The notes beneath the pieces were generated by a model, which saw nothing but the letters and a program-made list of their open reading frames with translations, was not told the DNA's origin and made no database searches. A stretch of 64,000 nucleotides of DNA from Candidatus Peregrinibacteria bacterium. Lineage in GTDB: Bacteria > Patescibacteriota > Gracilibacteria > UBA1369. The position numbers were made by a program, and so were the translations under genes. This document shows, one piece after another, positions 1 through 11,774 of this stretch. The stretch spans positions 864,001 through 928,000 of the forward strand of contig OY970195.1 in the NCBI GenBank assembly GCA_963708185.1. Direction: 5' to 3'. Position 1 is the stretch's first letter. The number at the start of each line of letters is the position of its first letter.

Positions 1-1477
1 TTGTTACATCGGTGACCGTTACGTCGACTTTATTATCGGTAGCCGTGGTTGTTCCCGTACGATAACCAAAGGTAAAGTCACCGGTGCTTGCAAAGTCTGC
101 CGGGAGCGGGAAGCGGAACTTCACGTCAATATCCTGCTGTGAGATTCTATTGGTGGTCCAACCGAAATACTGCTGGCTGTTAGTTGCATCGTAATCCTGA
201 ACCAACGTACCGTTATTTGCTGAACCGTCGCGTGAAATCACGTAGTCGGGATACTGAGGAGCGAAGGTCAGATCTTCAACGTTCGGTGCGTTTGCACCTG
301 TCGTGGAGCCGAGTTCCTGGAGGGCGGATTCAACGTTTGTTCCAGTGAAATAACCGCCCGCGTCGTTGATGCCAAGCAGGCTGGCGCCCTGACCGGAAGA
401 GGTGAGGGTCAGAGCATTCAAAGCATCGAGGACTCCTGTATTACCTGCGCCGGTATAGGTCGCAGAAAGACCGGTCTGGCTGGTATTGAAGTTCAACGGA
501 GCCGTGAGGTTGGAATCGTTGAAGGTGATGTTTCCTGCTGAAGACAGAGCGATGTCTCCGGAGGTCGTTGTCTGGAGGTTCAAATCGCCGGTATCGGTTC
601 CCACGGTGGATGCTCCAGAACCGGTGACGCTGAACGCGCCGGTGGTGGAAGAGAAGTTCAACCCTCCCGTTCCCCATGTGCCGGTAATTCCACCGGCGGC
701 ATTGGAAGCGTCGAGGCTGATGGCGTTGGAAGCGGCACCTGAACCTGTGATGTTCGTTGAATCAGCGGTTTGGCTGTAGGTACCAGTTCCGGCATCGATA
801 CTGAAGTTGCCGTTGGATGTGGTCAGTGTCTGATCGCCGTCAGCGTTGTACACTGATTCAAGATCCTGAGGTCCTGCCGTTCCCCAGGTGTTGGTCGATG
901 TACAAACCTGGAGGGTTGCTGAAGTGGTGTTGAAGAAAAGATCACCAGCGGAACATGTTGCCGGGTTGGTTGCGCCGGTTGGAACAGCCGGGGCAGGTGT
1001 TATCCATGTTCCCGGTGTACCGGTTGCGGTACAGATCATGAGGGCGTTAGATGTCGTATTCACGATGACTTCACCGGTGCTTGAACAATCTGCATTGGTG
1101 TTTGGATCGGGATCTTCACGCAGACGAACGCCTGCAGCCGCCGAGAGGTCAACCTGGCCTCCACTGACGGTCAAGCCGTTGGTGGTGGTCAAGTCGCCTG
1201 TTACGTCGACCGGATGGTCAACGGTGAAGCGGTTTGTGGTGATATCCCATGTAATGTTCCCATTTTCGGAAGCGGTCGGGTCAGCGCCGAACTGGATGCC
1301 GGTGTTGACGGAACCGCTGTCGTTGGAACCGATCTGGATGGCGTCGGATTCAACGGTTGCAAAGGTGTCATCCTGGAAAAGGATGGCAGCGGAAGCGGTT
1401 TGCGCCACGATGCCCATAAGCATCATGCCCAGTGCGAGTGAGCTTAAGAAGCGCATTTTGGTGTAGAATTTTTTCAT
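1..1477 (-). CDS. Secreted Thr/Gly/Asn-rich fibre/adhesin-like protein, 3'-truncated by the window edge
   Basis: Absent from the ORF track because it runs off the edge. Manual translation from ATG 1477 gives MKKFYTKMRFLSSLALGMMLMGIVAQTASAA (signal peptide), an open frame to position 1, a phage-fibre-like GASLLGINDAGGYFTGTNVESALQEL motif, and a C-terminal domain similar to that of 1660..2967. Confidence 0.8.
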   Translation of the reverse strand, partial: MKKFYTKMRFLSSLALGMMLMGIVAQTASAAILFQDDTFATVESDAIQIGSNDSGSVNTGIQFGADPTASENGNITWDITTNRFTVDHPVDVTGDLTTTNGLTVSGGQVDLSAAAGVRLREDPDPNTNADCSSTGEVIVNTTSNALMICTATGTPGTWITPAPAVPTGATNPATCSAGDLFFNTTSATLQVCTSTNTWGTAGPQDLESVYNADGDQTLTTSNGNFSIDAGTGTYSQTADSTNITGSGAASNAISLDASNAAGGITGTWGTGGLNFSSTTGAFSVTGSGASTVGTDTGDLNLQTTTSGDIALSSAGNITFNDSNLTAPLNFNTSQTGLSATYTGAGNTGVLDALNALTLTSSGQGASLLGINDAGGYFTGTNVESALQELGSTTGANAPNVEDLTFAPQYPDYVISRDGSANNGTLVQDYDATNSQQYFGWTTNRISQQDIDVKFRFPLPADFASTGDFTFGYRTGTTTATDNKVDVTVTDVT

Positions 1478-1659
1478 AATGTTTTGGGGGTTAAATTTTA
1501 TTTTTAAGATATTTTTATTGTTTGAGAAGGTATGAAGTTTCAAGGCACCTGCCGTTGATTTGACGTTTCCCTTTCGACTGCCATGTTCGACCATTCATAG
1601 CGGACGAAAGGGGTCAAATTGTCATGAAGAATTTTTCATAAGTGCTTGGGGTTACTGGA

Positions 1660-2967
1660 TTAGCGTCCGTTATAATTGAGTTGAAGCCGCGCTGCATCCG
1701 CGAAGCCCGTGTCTTTTGCCGTCATTTTGACGTGGATGGTGATCGGCTCTCCGGCGGCAAACGCTGGTGATCCGCCGAACGTAATGTCAGATGTTGCAAA
1801 GGTTGTGGAAACGAGTCCGGTTGCACCGGTAAGCGTTACGCTGTTGCCGTCGGTGTCTTCAATCGAAATATCCACCTGATTGTCTGCTGTTGAAGCCGTT
1901 CCGGTTCTGTAGGTGAACTGCACCGGTGTGGCCTGCCAGGAGACGAACCCGCTCGGTAACGTCGTACGGATGACGATATCCATGTTCTGAAGCGAGGTCT
2001 GGTTGGTGGTCCATTCATAGTAGTTGATGTTGTTGTTCCCGGGGGCGCCGTCGGTATCGGCAAAGTAGTCTTTGAGTGTGCCTTTATTGCTCGTGCCGTC
2101 GGGTTGAATGACGCCGTCGGCATACTCCGGTTCGTAAACAATGCTCTGGTCGTAAGGGCCAACGGTGGTATTGTCGATGGTGACGCCGTTGATGGTTCCC
2201 GTGGTCGTTAAGTCTCCGGTTACGTTGACATTGTCGTTGAAGTTAAACCATCCCGCGGCCGTATCGTACTCTAAAAATTTATTGAGGGTATTGCCGAACT
2301 GGAGCGAAACCGACCCCGGACCAACCACGGAGTTATCGTTGTCGATGATAAACGTATCGTTATTAGTTCCACCCGGTATGGTGCTTATGGGAAGCTGTCC
2401 CGATCCATCGAGGAAGGGAACATCTCCGGGAGCGCAGGTGGAGATACTGGTACAAGCGTCGTGGTTATCAAGTGTGTCCGCGTTGATGGCGAATGCGGAA
2501 GCGTCCAAAGGGAAACGGTCCGTGGTGTTGGCGGTGTTTCCATCGGGGTCGAGCACTTCATAGCTCGTATCCGGAGAGCCGGAAGGTTTGACGTCGACTT
2601 GGAGATACACGTCGGTTGATGAATTGAAGTTCGGCAGCGTGGTGATGCTGCCAAGTCGGACCTGGAAAAGGCCGTTACTGTCTGGTGTAACGGAATAGGT
2701 TTCGGTCCATCCGGTGTATCCGGGCGCGGAAGGATCAATGGCACCGGAGCCCAAAAGATCGGAAGCCGTAAAATCAGCGTTGTCCCAGAGACTGAATCTG
2801 ATATCCTGCGTCGTGGCGACGGGAACTCCGCTCGTATCGGTTAAGCGGGCACTATAGGAGACCGTGTACGGTGACGTGGTTGTTCCCGGAGGAGGTGCTG
2901 CGAGCGTCTGCTGGAGGAGTCCTCCAACAGTGATCAAAGCAATCAAAACTGTCGTGAATTTTTTCAT
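1660..2967 (-). CDS. Secreted fibre/adhesin-like protein
   Basis: 435 aa with a signal peptide. The N-domain YSARLTDTSG...IRFSLW...WTET...GLFQVRLGS and RFPLDASAFAINADTLD resemble trimeric fibre-like proteins. Confidence 0.75.
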   Translation of the reverse strand: MKKFTTVLIALITVGGLLQQTLAAPPPGTTTSPYTVSYSARLTDTSGVPVATTQDIRFSLWDNADFTASDLLGSGAIDPSAPGYTGWTETYSVTPDSNGLFQVRLGSITTLPNFNSSTDVYLQVDVKPSGSPDTSYEVLDPDGNTANTTDRFPLDASAFAINADTLDNHDACTSISTCAPGDVPFLDGSGQLPISTIPGGTNNDTFIIDNDNSVVGPGSVSLQFGNTLNKFLEYDTAAGWFNFNDNVNVTGDLTTTGTINGVTIDNTTVGPYDQSIVYEPEYADGVIQPDGTSNKGTLKDYFADTDGAPGNNNINYYEWTTNQTSLQNMDIVIRTTLPSGFVSWQATPVQFTYRTGTASTADNQVDISIEDTDGNSVTLTGATGLVSTTFATSDITFGGSPAFAAGEPITIHVKMTAKDTGFADAARLQLNYNGR

Positions 2968-3116
2968 CTCAATCTGAGCTTACATTTTGTTTTTGTTTTT
3001 TGAGATTTTTTACTATCGTTATATTTTAACATATTTTTATTATTTGTGGAGGGGCAAATGTCATTATTTCGTTAAGAATACATTGACATACTTAATAAAA
3101 TATTTTTTATAATACC

Positions 3117-4880
3117 TTGTGGCCGTTTTGGCCAGTTTCTGCTAAGGTGAGGGTTGCAGTTTTCAGCATTTTTTCTTTCCTTACGACAAAATTTACAAAA
3201 AAAATCGGTATCGTCATGGAGATTCTCTGGCTTGCCGTGGTTTTCGCTCTTCCGCTTGTCTTTTTTCCAACAGTTTTTACGACCTTTGAACTGGCAAAAA
3301 CGTTTATTTTTCAAGGAGCGGCCACGCTGCTGTTGCTGTTGTGGATTCTGAAATGTTTCTTCAATGGTTCCGGTCCGGTTTTCGAAAGGAAATCCCACCG
3401 GTTCTTATGGGTGTCATTGGCAATTTTTCTCGGTTTTTACCTTCTGGCGACGGTGTTTTCGGTGGCTCCTGCGTTGAGCGTTTTTGGCTGGTATCCCCGT
3501 TTCCAGGGATTGCTGGCGTTTTTTAGTTACATTGTTTTCGGCTTCGTGCTTTTCTTTGAACTAAAAACCGAAAAGCAAAGGGAACGTTTCATCCTGGCTG
3601 TTTTGCTGGGTTTCGTTTTGGCCTGCCTCATGGCGATGATGCAAAAATTCCTCCCCGGATTTCTGCAATGGTGGAACGATGCCGAATTTAACGGAAGAAT
3701 CTACGGAACCATGGCCAACCCCAACTACCTTGCAGGATACATCGTAATCGTCGCCCCTCTTGCTTTGGGTAACATCTTCAGGAAAAAATTCAGATGGTTT
3801 TCTGTGTTTTGCCTGCTGTTGGGCGTCACTGCATTATTGTTGACGCTTTCACGGGCAGGGTTTCTGGCGTTTTTTTTGAGCGTCGTTTTTTTGCTCGGAG
3901 CGGTCGCCTATCGTCGAAAAGCCATGAAAACACTGGTGGCTCTGGTGATTCTGCCGCTTGTGGCCGCGGGCTTCGTCTGGTTTGTCATCGCACACCAGCA
4001 GGAAGACTGGGTCACCGCCAATCCTTTTTTGAACCGTATCACCACGAATGAAGAGAACGTTTCGTCCGCGCAGTCGCGCCTGGAGATCTGGCCCGCGGCG
4101 GTAAAACAAATATTGGCGAGTCCCTTCATCGGTTTCGGACCGGAAACTTTTGCCGTCAGCTTCCCGGCCTATGCTCCTTCGACCGTCAATACCCGTGAAG
4201 ATATGGGCGAGATCGTCGATCATGCCCACAATGAGCTGCTGGACATGGCCGTTCAGACCGGTATTCCGGGAATGCTCGCCTATCTGTGTTTTCTTGCAGG
4301 ACTGGTCGCCGCGGGAGGAGGTTATTTCCTCAACAAAAAAGGCTCCGACAGCGAATCATGGCTTGTACTAGGTCTTTCCTCCTCCATTCTGGGGCTTTTC
4401 ATTGCCAACGAGTTCGGTTTTTCCGTGACCGTTCACTGGGTACTGTTCGCGGCTTTCGCTGCAGTGATGCTGAACATCATCCATCAAAAAGAGATGCGGG
4501 AAATTCCCTATCGCGTCGCGAACTGGCTGAAAGGATTGCTTTTTGCTTTGGTGGCCCTGTTGAGTATCGGCATGTTCTGGGTTCATGACGTGAACCTTGT
4601 GCTCGCCGATGCCACGATGCGGCAAGGGTATGACGCTATTCTTGCCGGTGATCTTCCCACCACCGCGCAGTACTATCAGGCGGCGGCCCAAACGGCTCCT
4701 GTGGAAGCTTTCTATTCGCTTAACCTGGCTTACGTTGATCTTCAACGGCTGTATGATGAGCAAAAACTCACGGCAGTGGAAATTCTTGACGCTTACGGTT
4801 CAGCTTTGCACGCTTCCCGTTTGCGTGGATATGACAGTTTTTCGCTTTCCGTTGCTCAGGAATTGCATAATACTTTTTAA
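3117..4880 (+). CDS. O-antigen ligase (Wzy_C) family membrane protein; start uncertain
   Basis: Multiple TM helices with motifs GTMANPNYLAGY, LTLSRAG, R..IW, PFIGFGPETF and HAHNELL. Confidence 0.85.
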   Translation: MWPFWPVSAKVRVAVFSIFSFLTTKFTKKIGIVMEILWLAVVFALPLVFFPTVFTTFELAKTFIFQGAATLLLLLWILKCFFNGSGPVFERKSHRFLWVSLAIFLGFYLLATVFSVAPALSVFGWYPRFQGLLAFFSYIVFGFVLFFELKTEKQRERFILAVLLGFVLACLMAMMQKFLPGFLQWWNDAEFNGRIYGTMANPNYLAGYIVIVAPLALGNIFRKKFRWFSVFCLLLGVTALLLTLSRAGFLAFFLSVVFLLGAVAYRRKAMKTLVALVILPLVAAGFVWFVIAHQQEDWVTANPFLNRITTNEENVSSAQSRLEIWPAAVKQILASPFIGFGPETFAVSFPAYAPSTVNTREDMGEIVDHAHNELLDMAVQTGIPGMLAYLCFLAGLVAAGGGYFLNKKGSDSESWLVLGLSSSILGLFIANEFGFSVTVHWVLFAAFAAVMLNIIHQKEMREIPYRVANWLKGLLFALVALLSIGMFWVHDVNLVLADATMRQGYDAILAGDLPTTAQYYQAAAQTAPVEAFYSLNLAYVDLQRLYDEQKLTAVEILDAYGSALHASRLRGYDSFSLSVAQELHNTF

Positions 4881-4892
4881 AAATTAAAGGGA

Positions 4893-4920
4893 TTGACTTT
4901 TTGTAAACTCTTCTTAAAAT
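4893..4920 (+). promoter_or_regulatory. Putative sigma70 promoter of the atp operon
   Basis: TTGACT-16 bp-TAAAAT upstream of atpB. Confidence 0.45.
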
Positions 4921-5005
4921 GTCTGGTTGACTTAATCTGGCAAGGTTAACCATAAATTATGGTTAACTTTTTCGATACATCTTAAGTCCTTACTCCACAT
5001 TTTTC

Positions 5006-5812
5006 ATGGGTATTTCTGACCTCGAGGTCCATTTATCGCCGAAAACGATCTTCCATATTGCACCGGGCATTCCGGTGACGGATACTATCATTACCATGTG
5101 GGTGGTGATGGCGATCATGATCGGTCTGGCACTTTTTGCCCGGATAACGATGAAATATCTCCCCAAAGGCTTCCAGAATTTTGTGGAATGGGCCCTGGGT
5201 GGGTTTTTGAAGTTTACGGAAGAGGTCGGAGGGAAAGAGGCGAGGAAGCATTTTCCGATCTTTGTGACCTTCTTCATCACGATTCTTTTCTCCAACTGGT
5301 TCGGAATTGCGATGGGCCTTATCAGTGAGCAACTTGGATTCCTGAGGGCCCCGACCAGTGACGTGAATACAACCGCCGGCCTGGCGATCGTGGCGTTTTT
5401 CTACTTTGAATACCAAGGAATGAAAGCCCACGGTTTCTTTGGACACCTCAGCCATTTTGTGAATCTGAAAGCGCTTTTCACGGGAGGTCCGATGGGCGTA
5501 CTGGATTTCTTCGTCGGGCTGCTCCACATTGTTTCCGAACTTGTCCGTCCGACCGCGCTGGCGCTCCGTCTTTTTGGAAACATTTTCGGTGGTGAAGTCG
5601 CCCTGACCGTAGCATTCTTACTTATCGCGCCGGCGTTTCCGCTGCCGTTCATGATTCTCGAATTCATCGTGGGGCTCGTCCAGGCGTTCGTATTTGCCGT
5701 ACTGTTCCTTGCCTTTACCGCCTTGAATACCGCTCACGAAGAAGCCGACCACGAAATGATCACTCCGACGAAAGACCAGATCGCTCCTCCGATTCACGCC
5801 GTGGTGGGTTAA
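5006..5812 (+). CDS. atpB: F0F1 ATP synthase subunit a
   Basis: APTSDVNTT and RPTALALRLFGNIFGGE (conserved Arg) motifs; first gene of the atp operon. Confidence 0.97.
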   Translation: MGISDLEVHLSPKTIFHIAPGIPVTDTIITMWVVMAIMIGLALFARITMKYLPKGFQNFVEWALGGFLKFTEEVGGKEARKHFPIFVTFFITILFSNWFGIAMGLISEQLGFLRAPTSDVNTTAGLAIVAFFYFEYQGMKAHGFFGHLSHFVNLKALFTGGPMGVLDFFVGLLHIVSELVRPTALALRLFGNIFGGEVALTVAFLLIAPAFPLPFMILEFIVGLVQAFVFAVLFLAFTALNTAHEEADHEMITPTKDQIAPPIHAVVG

Positions 5813-5906
5813 CAATGCTCATTTACAACCAGAGCTCACGAAGGAATTTCATGAAAGTTTCTCCAAGGAATCTTCCATGAGAGTCCATCTCAACCTTATT
5901 TCTTAA

Positions 5907-6134
<228 letters not shown>

Positions 6135-6189
6135 AAATTTTCGGATCCGAAAATTTTTACTTCTGCACAGGCGATTTTAACGCAAACTT

Positions 6190-6762
6190 ATGAACCAATT
6201 CATTCCCGTCGCTTTGGCGGCTCCGGAACAAGGTGATGCTACCACTGTCCAGCCGGAACCAGCACAACCAGAATCACAAGGACTGAGTCTTGATCCAGCC
6301 GTTATCGGGTTCCAGGCGCTGAACTTTGTTCTCCTCCTGGTGGCCCTCAATCTCATCCTCTATAAACCTCTGACCAAACTGCTCAACGAACGCGAGCAGA
6401 AGATCAGGGAAGGCGTCGAAAACGCCGAAAAGGCCGAAGCTTCACTTCGTGAAGCCCGGTCGGTTCGCGAAGACATGTTGAAAAACGCTAAAGTCGAAAG
6501 CCAAACCATGATGGAAAAATCGAGAAAAGAAGGCGAAAATATCAAGAACGGTATTGTTCAGGAAGCCCAGGAACAAGCTAAAAAAATCGTTGATAACGGA
6601 CACCAGGTCCTGAACATGGAAAAAGCGAAAGCCATGGAAGAGCTGAAAGCTCAGGCCGTGGGCCTCATCGTTAAAACGGCAGAAAAGGTCATCAAGGAAA
6701 AAATGGATTCGGGCAAAGACGCCAAAATGATCGAAGAAAGTCTTAACAGTTACGCAGCATGA
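6190..6762 (+). CDS. atpF: F0F1 ATP synthase subunit b
   Basis: Single TM (QALNFVLL..LYKPL) followed by a coiled coil; operon position. Confidence 0.95.
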   Translation: MNQFIPVALAAPEQGDATTVQPEPAQPESQGLSLDPAVIGFQALNFVLLLVALNLILYKPLTKLLNEREQKIREGVENAEKAEASLREARSVREDMLKNAKVESQTMMEKSRKEGENIKNGIVQEAQEQAKKIVDNGHQVLNMEKAKAMEELKAQAVGLIVKTAEKVIKEKMDSGKDAKMIEESLNSYAA

Positions 6763-7304
6763 CGCTTACGCATTTCCACATCAAGGTCGGTCAGGCACTT
6801 GCACGTGCGGCGATGTCGCAAAAGATGGAAGACAAAGTCGCGGCCGACATGGAGGGTTTGTCCAATCTTCTGAAGGACAAGAATTTCAAACAACTTTTGC
6901 AGAGTGTCTGCTACCTGCCCCATGAAGATGCAAAAAAAGTGCTGACGAGCACTTTTCATGGCAAGATCAGCGACCTTACGCTGAACCTGATGGTGATGCT
7001 TGCCCATGACAAAGCGCTCAAATACCTCGGAAAAATCGCCGAGGTCTACAAGAAAACCTATCATGAAGCCAAAGGGATTACCGAGATCGTCATCCGAACG
7101 GCCCGTGAATTTTCTCCCCAGGAACAGCTGGCTTTCGTCCAGAAACTCCAGGCGAAAAAGAAGCAGACCGTCACCGTGAAATTCGAGGTCGATCCCGGAC
7201 TGGTCGCGGGCGCACAGATTTATGAAAAAAACTATCTTACCGACTACTCTGCAAAAAATTATTTAGAGACGCTTCAAAAACATCTTACCAGCCAAACATT
7301 TTGA
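6759..7304 (+). CDS. atpH: F0F1 ATP synthase subunit delta
   Basis: Lies between atpF and atpA with an ATGA overlap; VDPGLVAG..I motif. Confidence 0.9.
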   Translation: MTLTHFHIKVGQALARAAMSQKMEDKVAADMEGLSNLLKDKNFKQLLQSVCYLPHEDAKKVLTSTFHGKISDLTLNLMVMLAHDKALKYLGKIAEVYKKTYHEAKGITEIVIRTAREFSPQEQLAFVQKLQAKKKQTVTVKFEVDPGLVAGAQIYEKNYLTDYSAKNYLETLQKHLTSQTF

Positions 7305-7430
7305 TAGACGCTCACGGCGGTGGCAAAGCCACACGCTACGCTCTCGTCTCCTTGCCTTAAGGATCGACGTGCCGCCTCAGCGGCAGCCGTGCGCTCGGAT
7401 TACTACGCAAATAATTAATCATCTAAACCT

Positions 7431-8939
<1,509 letters not shown>

Positions 8940-8958
8940 TTTTTTCGTTTTTTTCACA

Positions 8959-9816
8959 ATGGCATCGCTCCGAGACATTAAAATCAGGATCAAATCCGTC
9001 CAGTCGACCAAAAAGATCACCAAGGCGATGGAAATGATTGCCGCGTCCAAAATGAAACGCGCTCAGATGGCTGCTCTTAAAGGCCGTCCGTACCTCCAAA
9101 AACTTGAAGAGGTTATTACCGATATCGTTACCTACAGTGATCCTCCGCTCAGCCATCCCTATTTGAAAGCGCGCAAGACGGTGAAAAACGTCGGCTATAT
9201 TTTCATGACCTCCAACCGTGGATTGTGTGGCGGCTTCAACGGCAACGTCATCCGCAAGATGTTCGAGATTCTCAAGGAAAACAATGAAACGAAGGAGATC
9301 GTCCTGACCGTCGGGAAAAAGGGACGTCAGGCCATGGAGCGTATCGGTAAATCCGTGCTCGCGGATTTCGAAGAGATGACGGATCGCCCTTCTTTCCTGG
9401 ATACGATCGGCATCAGCCGTGTCGTCATCGACGATTTCAAGAGCGGGAAACTTGACGAAGTGTATATGGTTTATAACCACTTTTTCTCCGCTTTAAGCCA
9501 AAGACCGGTCGTCAAAAAACTTCTGCCGATCGAACCGGGGGAACTTCATTCCGCCGGGATGAAACGCGATTATATCTTTGATCAGGACCGTGAAGTCGTT
9601 TTGGATGAACTGCTCAACCGTTATCTTGAAACGACGGTCTACCAGACGGTTCTTGAATCACTCGCCTCAGAACACAGCGCCCGCATGATGGCGATGCGCC
9701 AGGCTTCGGACAACGCCTCGGATATCATCACCAACCTTACGCTGCACTACAACAAAGCCCGCCAGGCCAAGATCACCAAGGAGATTCTTGAAGTCGTCTC
9801 GGGCTCAAACGCTTAG
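8959..9816 (+). CDS. atpG: F0F1 ATP synthase subunit gamma
   Basis: KITKAMEMIAASK, RGLCGGFN and NKARQAKITKEILE motifs. Confidence 0.99.
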   Translation: MASLRDIKIRIKSVQSTKKITKAMEMIAASKMKRAQMAALKGRPYLQKLEEVITDIVTYSDPPLSHPYLKARKTVKNVGYIFMTSNRGLCGGFNGNVIRKMFEILKENNETKEIVLTVGKKGRQAMERIGKSVLADFEEMTDRPSFLDTIGISRVVIDDFKSGKLDEVYMVYNHFFSALSQRPVVKKLLPIEPGELHSAGMKRDYIFDQDREVVLDELLNRYLETTVYQTVLESLASEHSARMMAMRQASDNASDIITNLTLHYNKARQAKITKEILEVVSGSNA

Positions 9817-9838
9817 GCATTGTCTCGCTCACTATTAA

Positions 9839-11260
<1,422 letters not shown>

Positions 11261-11262
11261 TT

Positions 11263-11679
11263 ATGTTTCACTTAAGTATCGTTACAGCTGAAGGACCGCT
11301 CTACGAAGGCGACATAGAAATGCTCGTCGCCCCGTCCGTGGACGGCGAGGTCGGTATTCTGACCAACCATCATCCCCTGGTGACCAAGCTCGGTCCAGGC
11401 GGGATGCGCGTGGTCCATGCCGATAAAACGGAACAGCTTTTGTTCGTGAACGGAGGCTACCTGGAAGTACTCAACAACAAGGCGACGATTCTTGCCGATG
11501 CCGCGGAAAATATTGATGCGATCGAAGTGGAACAGGCCAAGGCCGCTCGTCAGAAGGCCGCTGAGAAGCTGAAACACGCCGCTGACGACGTAGACCGTGA
11601 AAAACTCGAACAGGAGCTGAGAGCCGAAATGATCCGTGAAAGACTGGCCGAGATCAACAAGTACAGGAAGAAGGGGTAG
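11263..11679 (+). CDS. atpC: F0F1 ATP synthase subunit epsilon
   Basis: GEVGILTNHHPL motif; last gene of the operon. Confidence 0.97.
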   Translation: MFHLSIVTAEGPLYEGDIEMLVAPSVDGEVGILTNHHPLVTKLGPGGMRVVHADKTEQLLFVNGGYLEVLNNKATILADAAENIDAIEVEQAKAARQKAAEKLKHAADDVDREKLEQELRAEMIRERLAEINKYRKKG

Positions 11680-11705
11680 GATGCTTGCGAAATCTTTTGA
11701 ATACC

Positions 11706-11737
11706 AAAAGCCCCCTCCATCCGGAGGGGGCTTTTTT
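11706..11737. terminator. Bidirectional intrinsic terminator
   Basis: AAAAGCCCCCTCC-ATCC-GGAGGGGGCTTTTTT between convergent genes. Confidence 0.9.
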
Positions 11738-11774
11738 GTCGTCTGCTGTCATGAATCAGGGCGGCGGGCGAGCA

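Noticed and set aside
486-1466. Plus-strand ORFs 486..779 and 888..1466
   Set aside because: They are antisense shadows of the signal-peptide-bearing minus-strand ORF 1477..<1.
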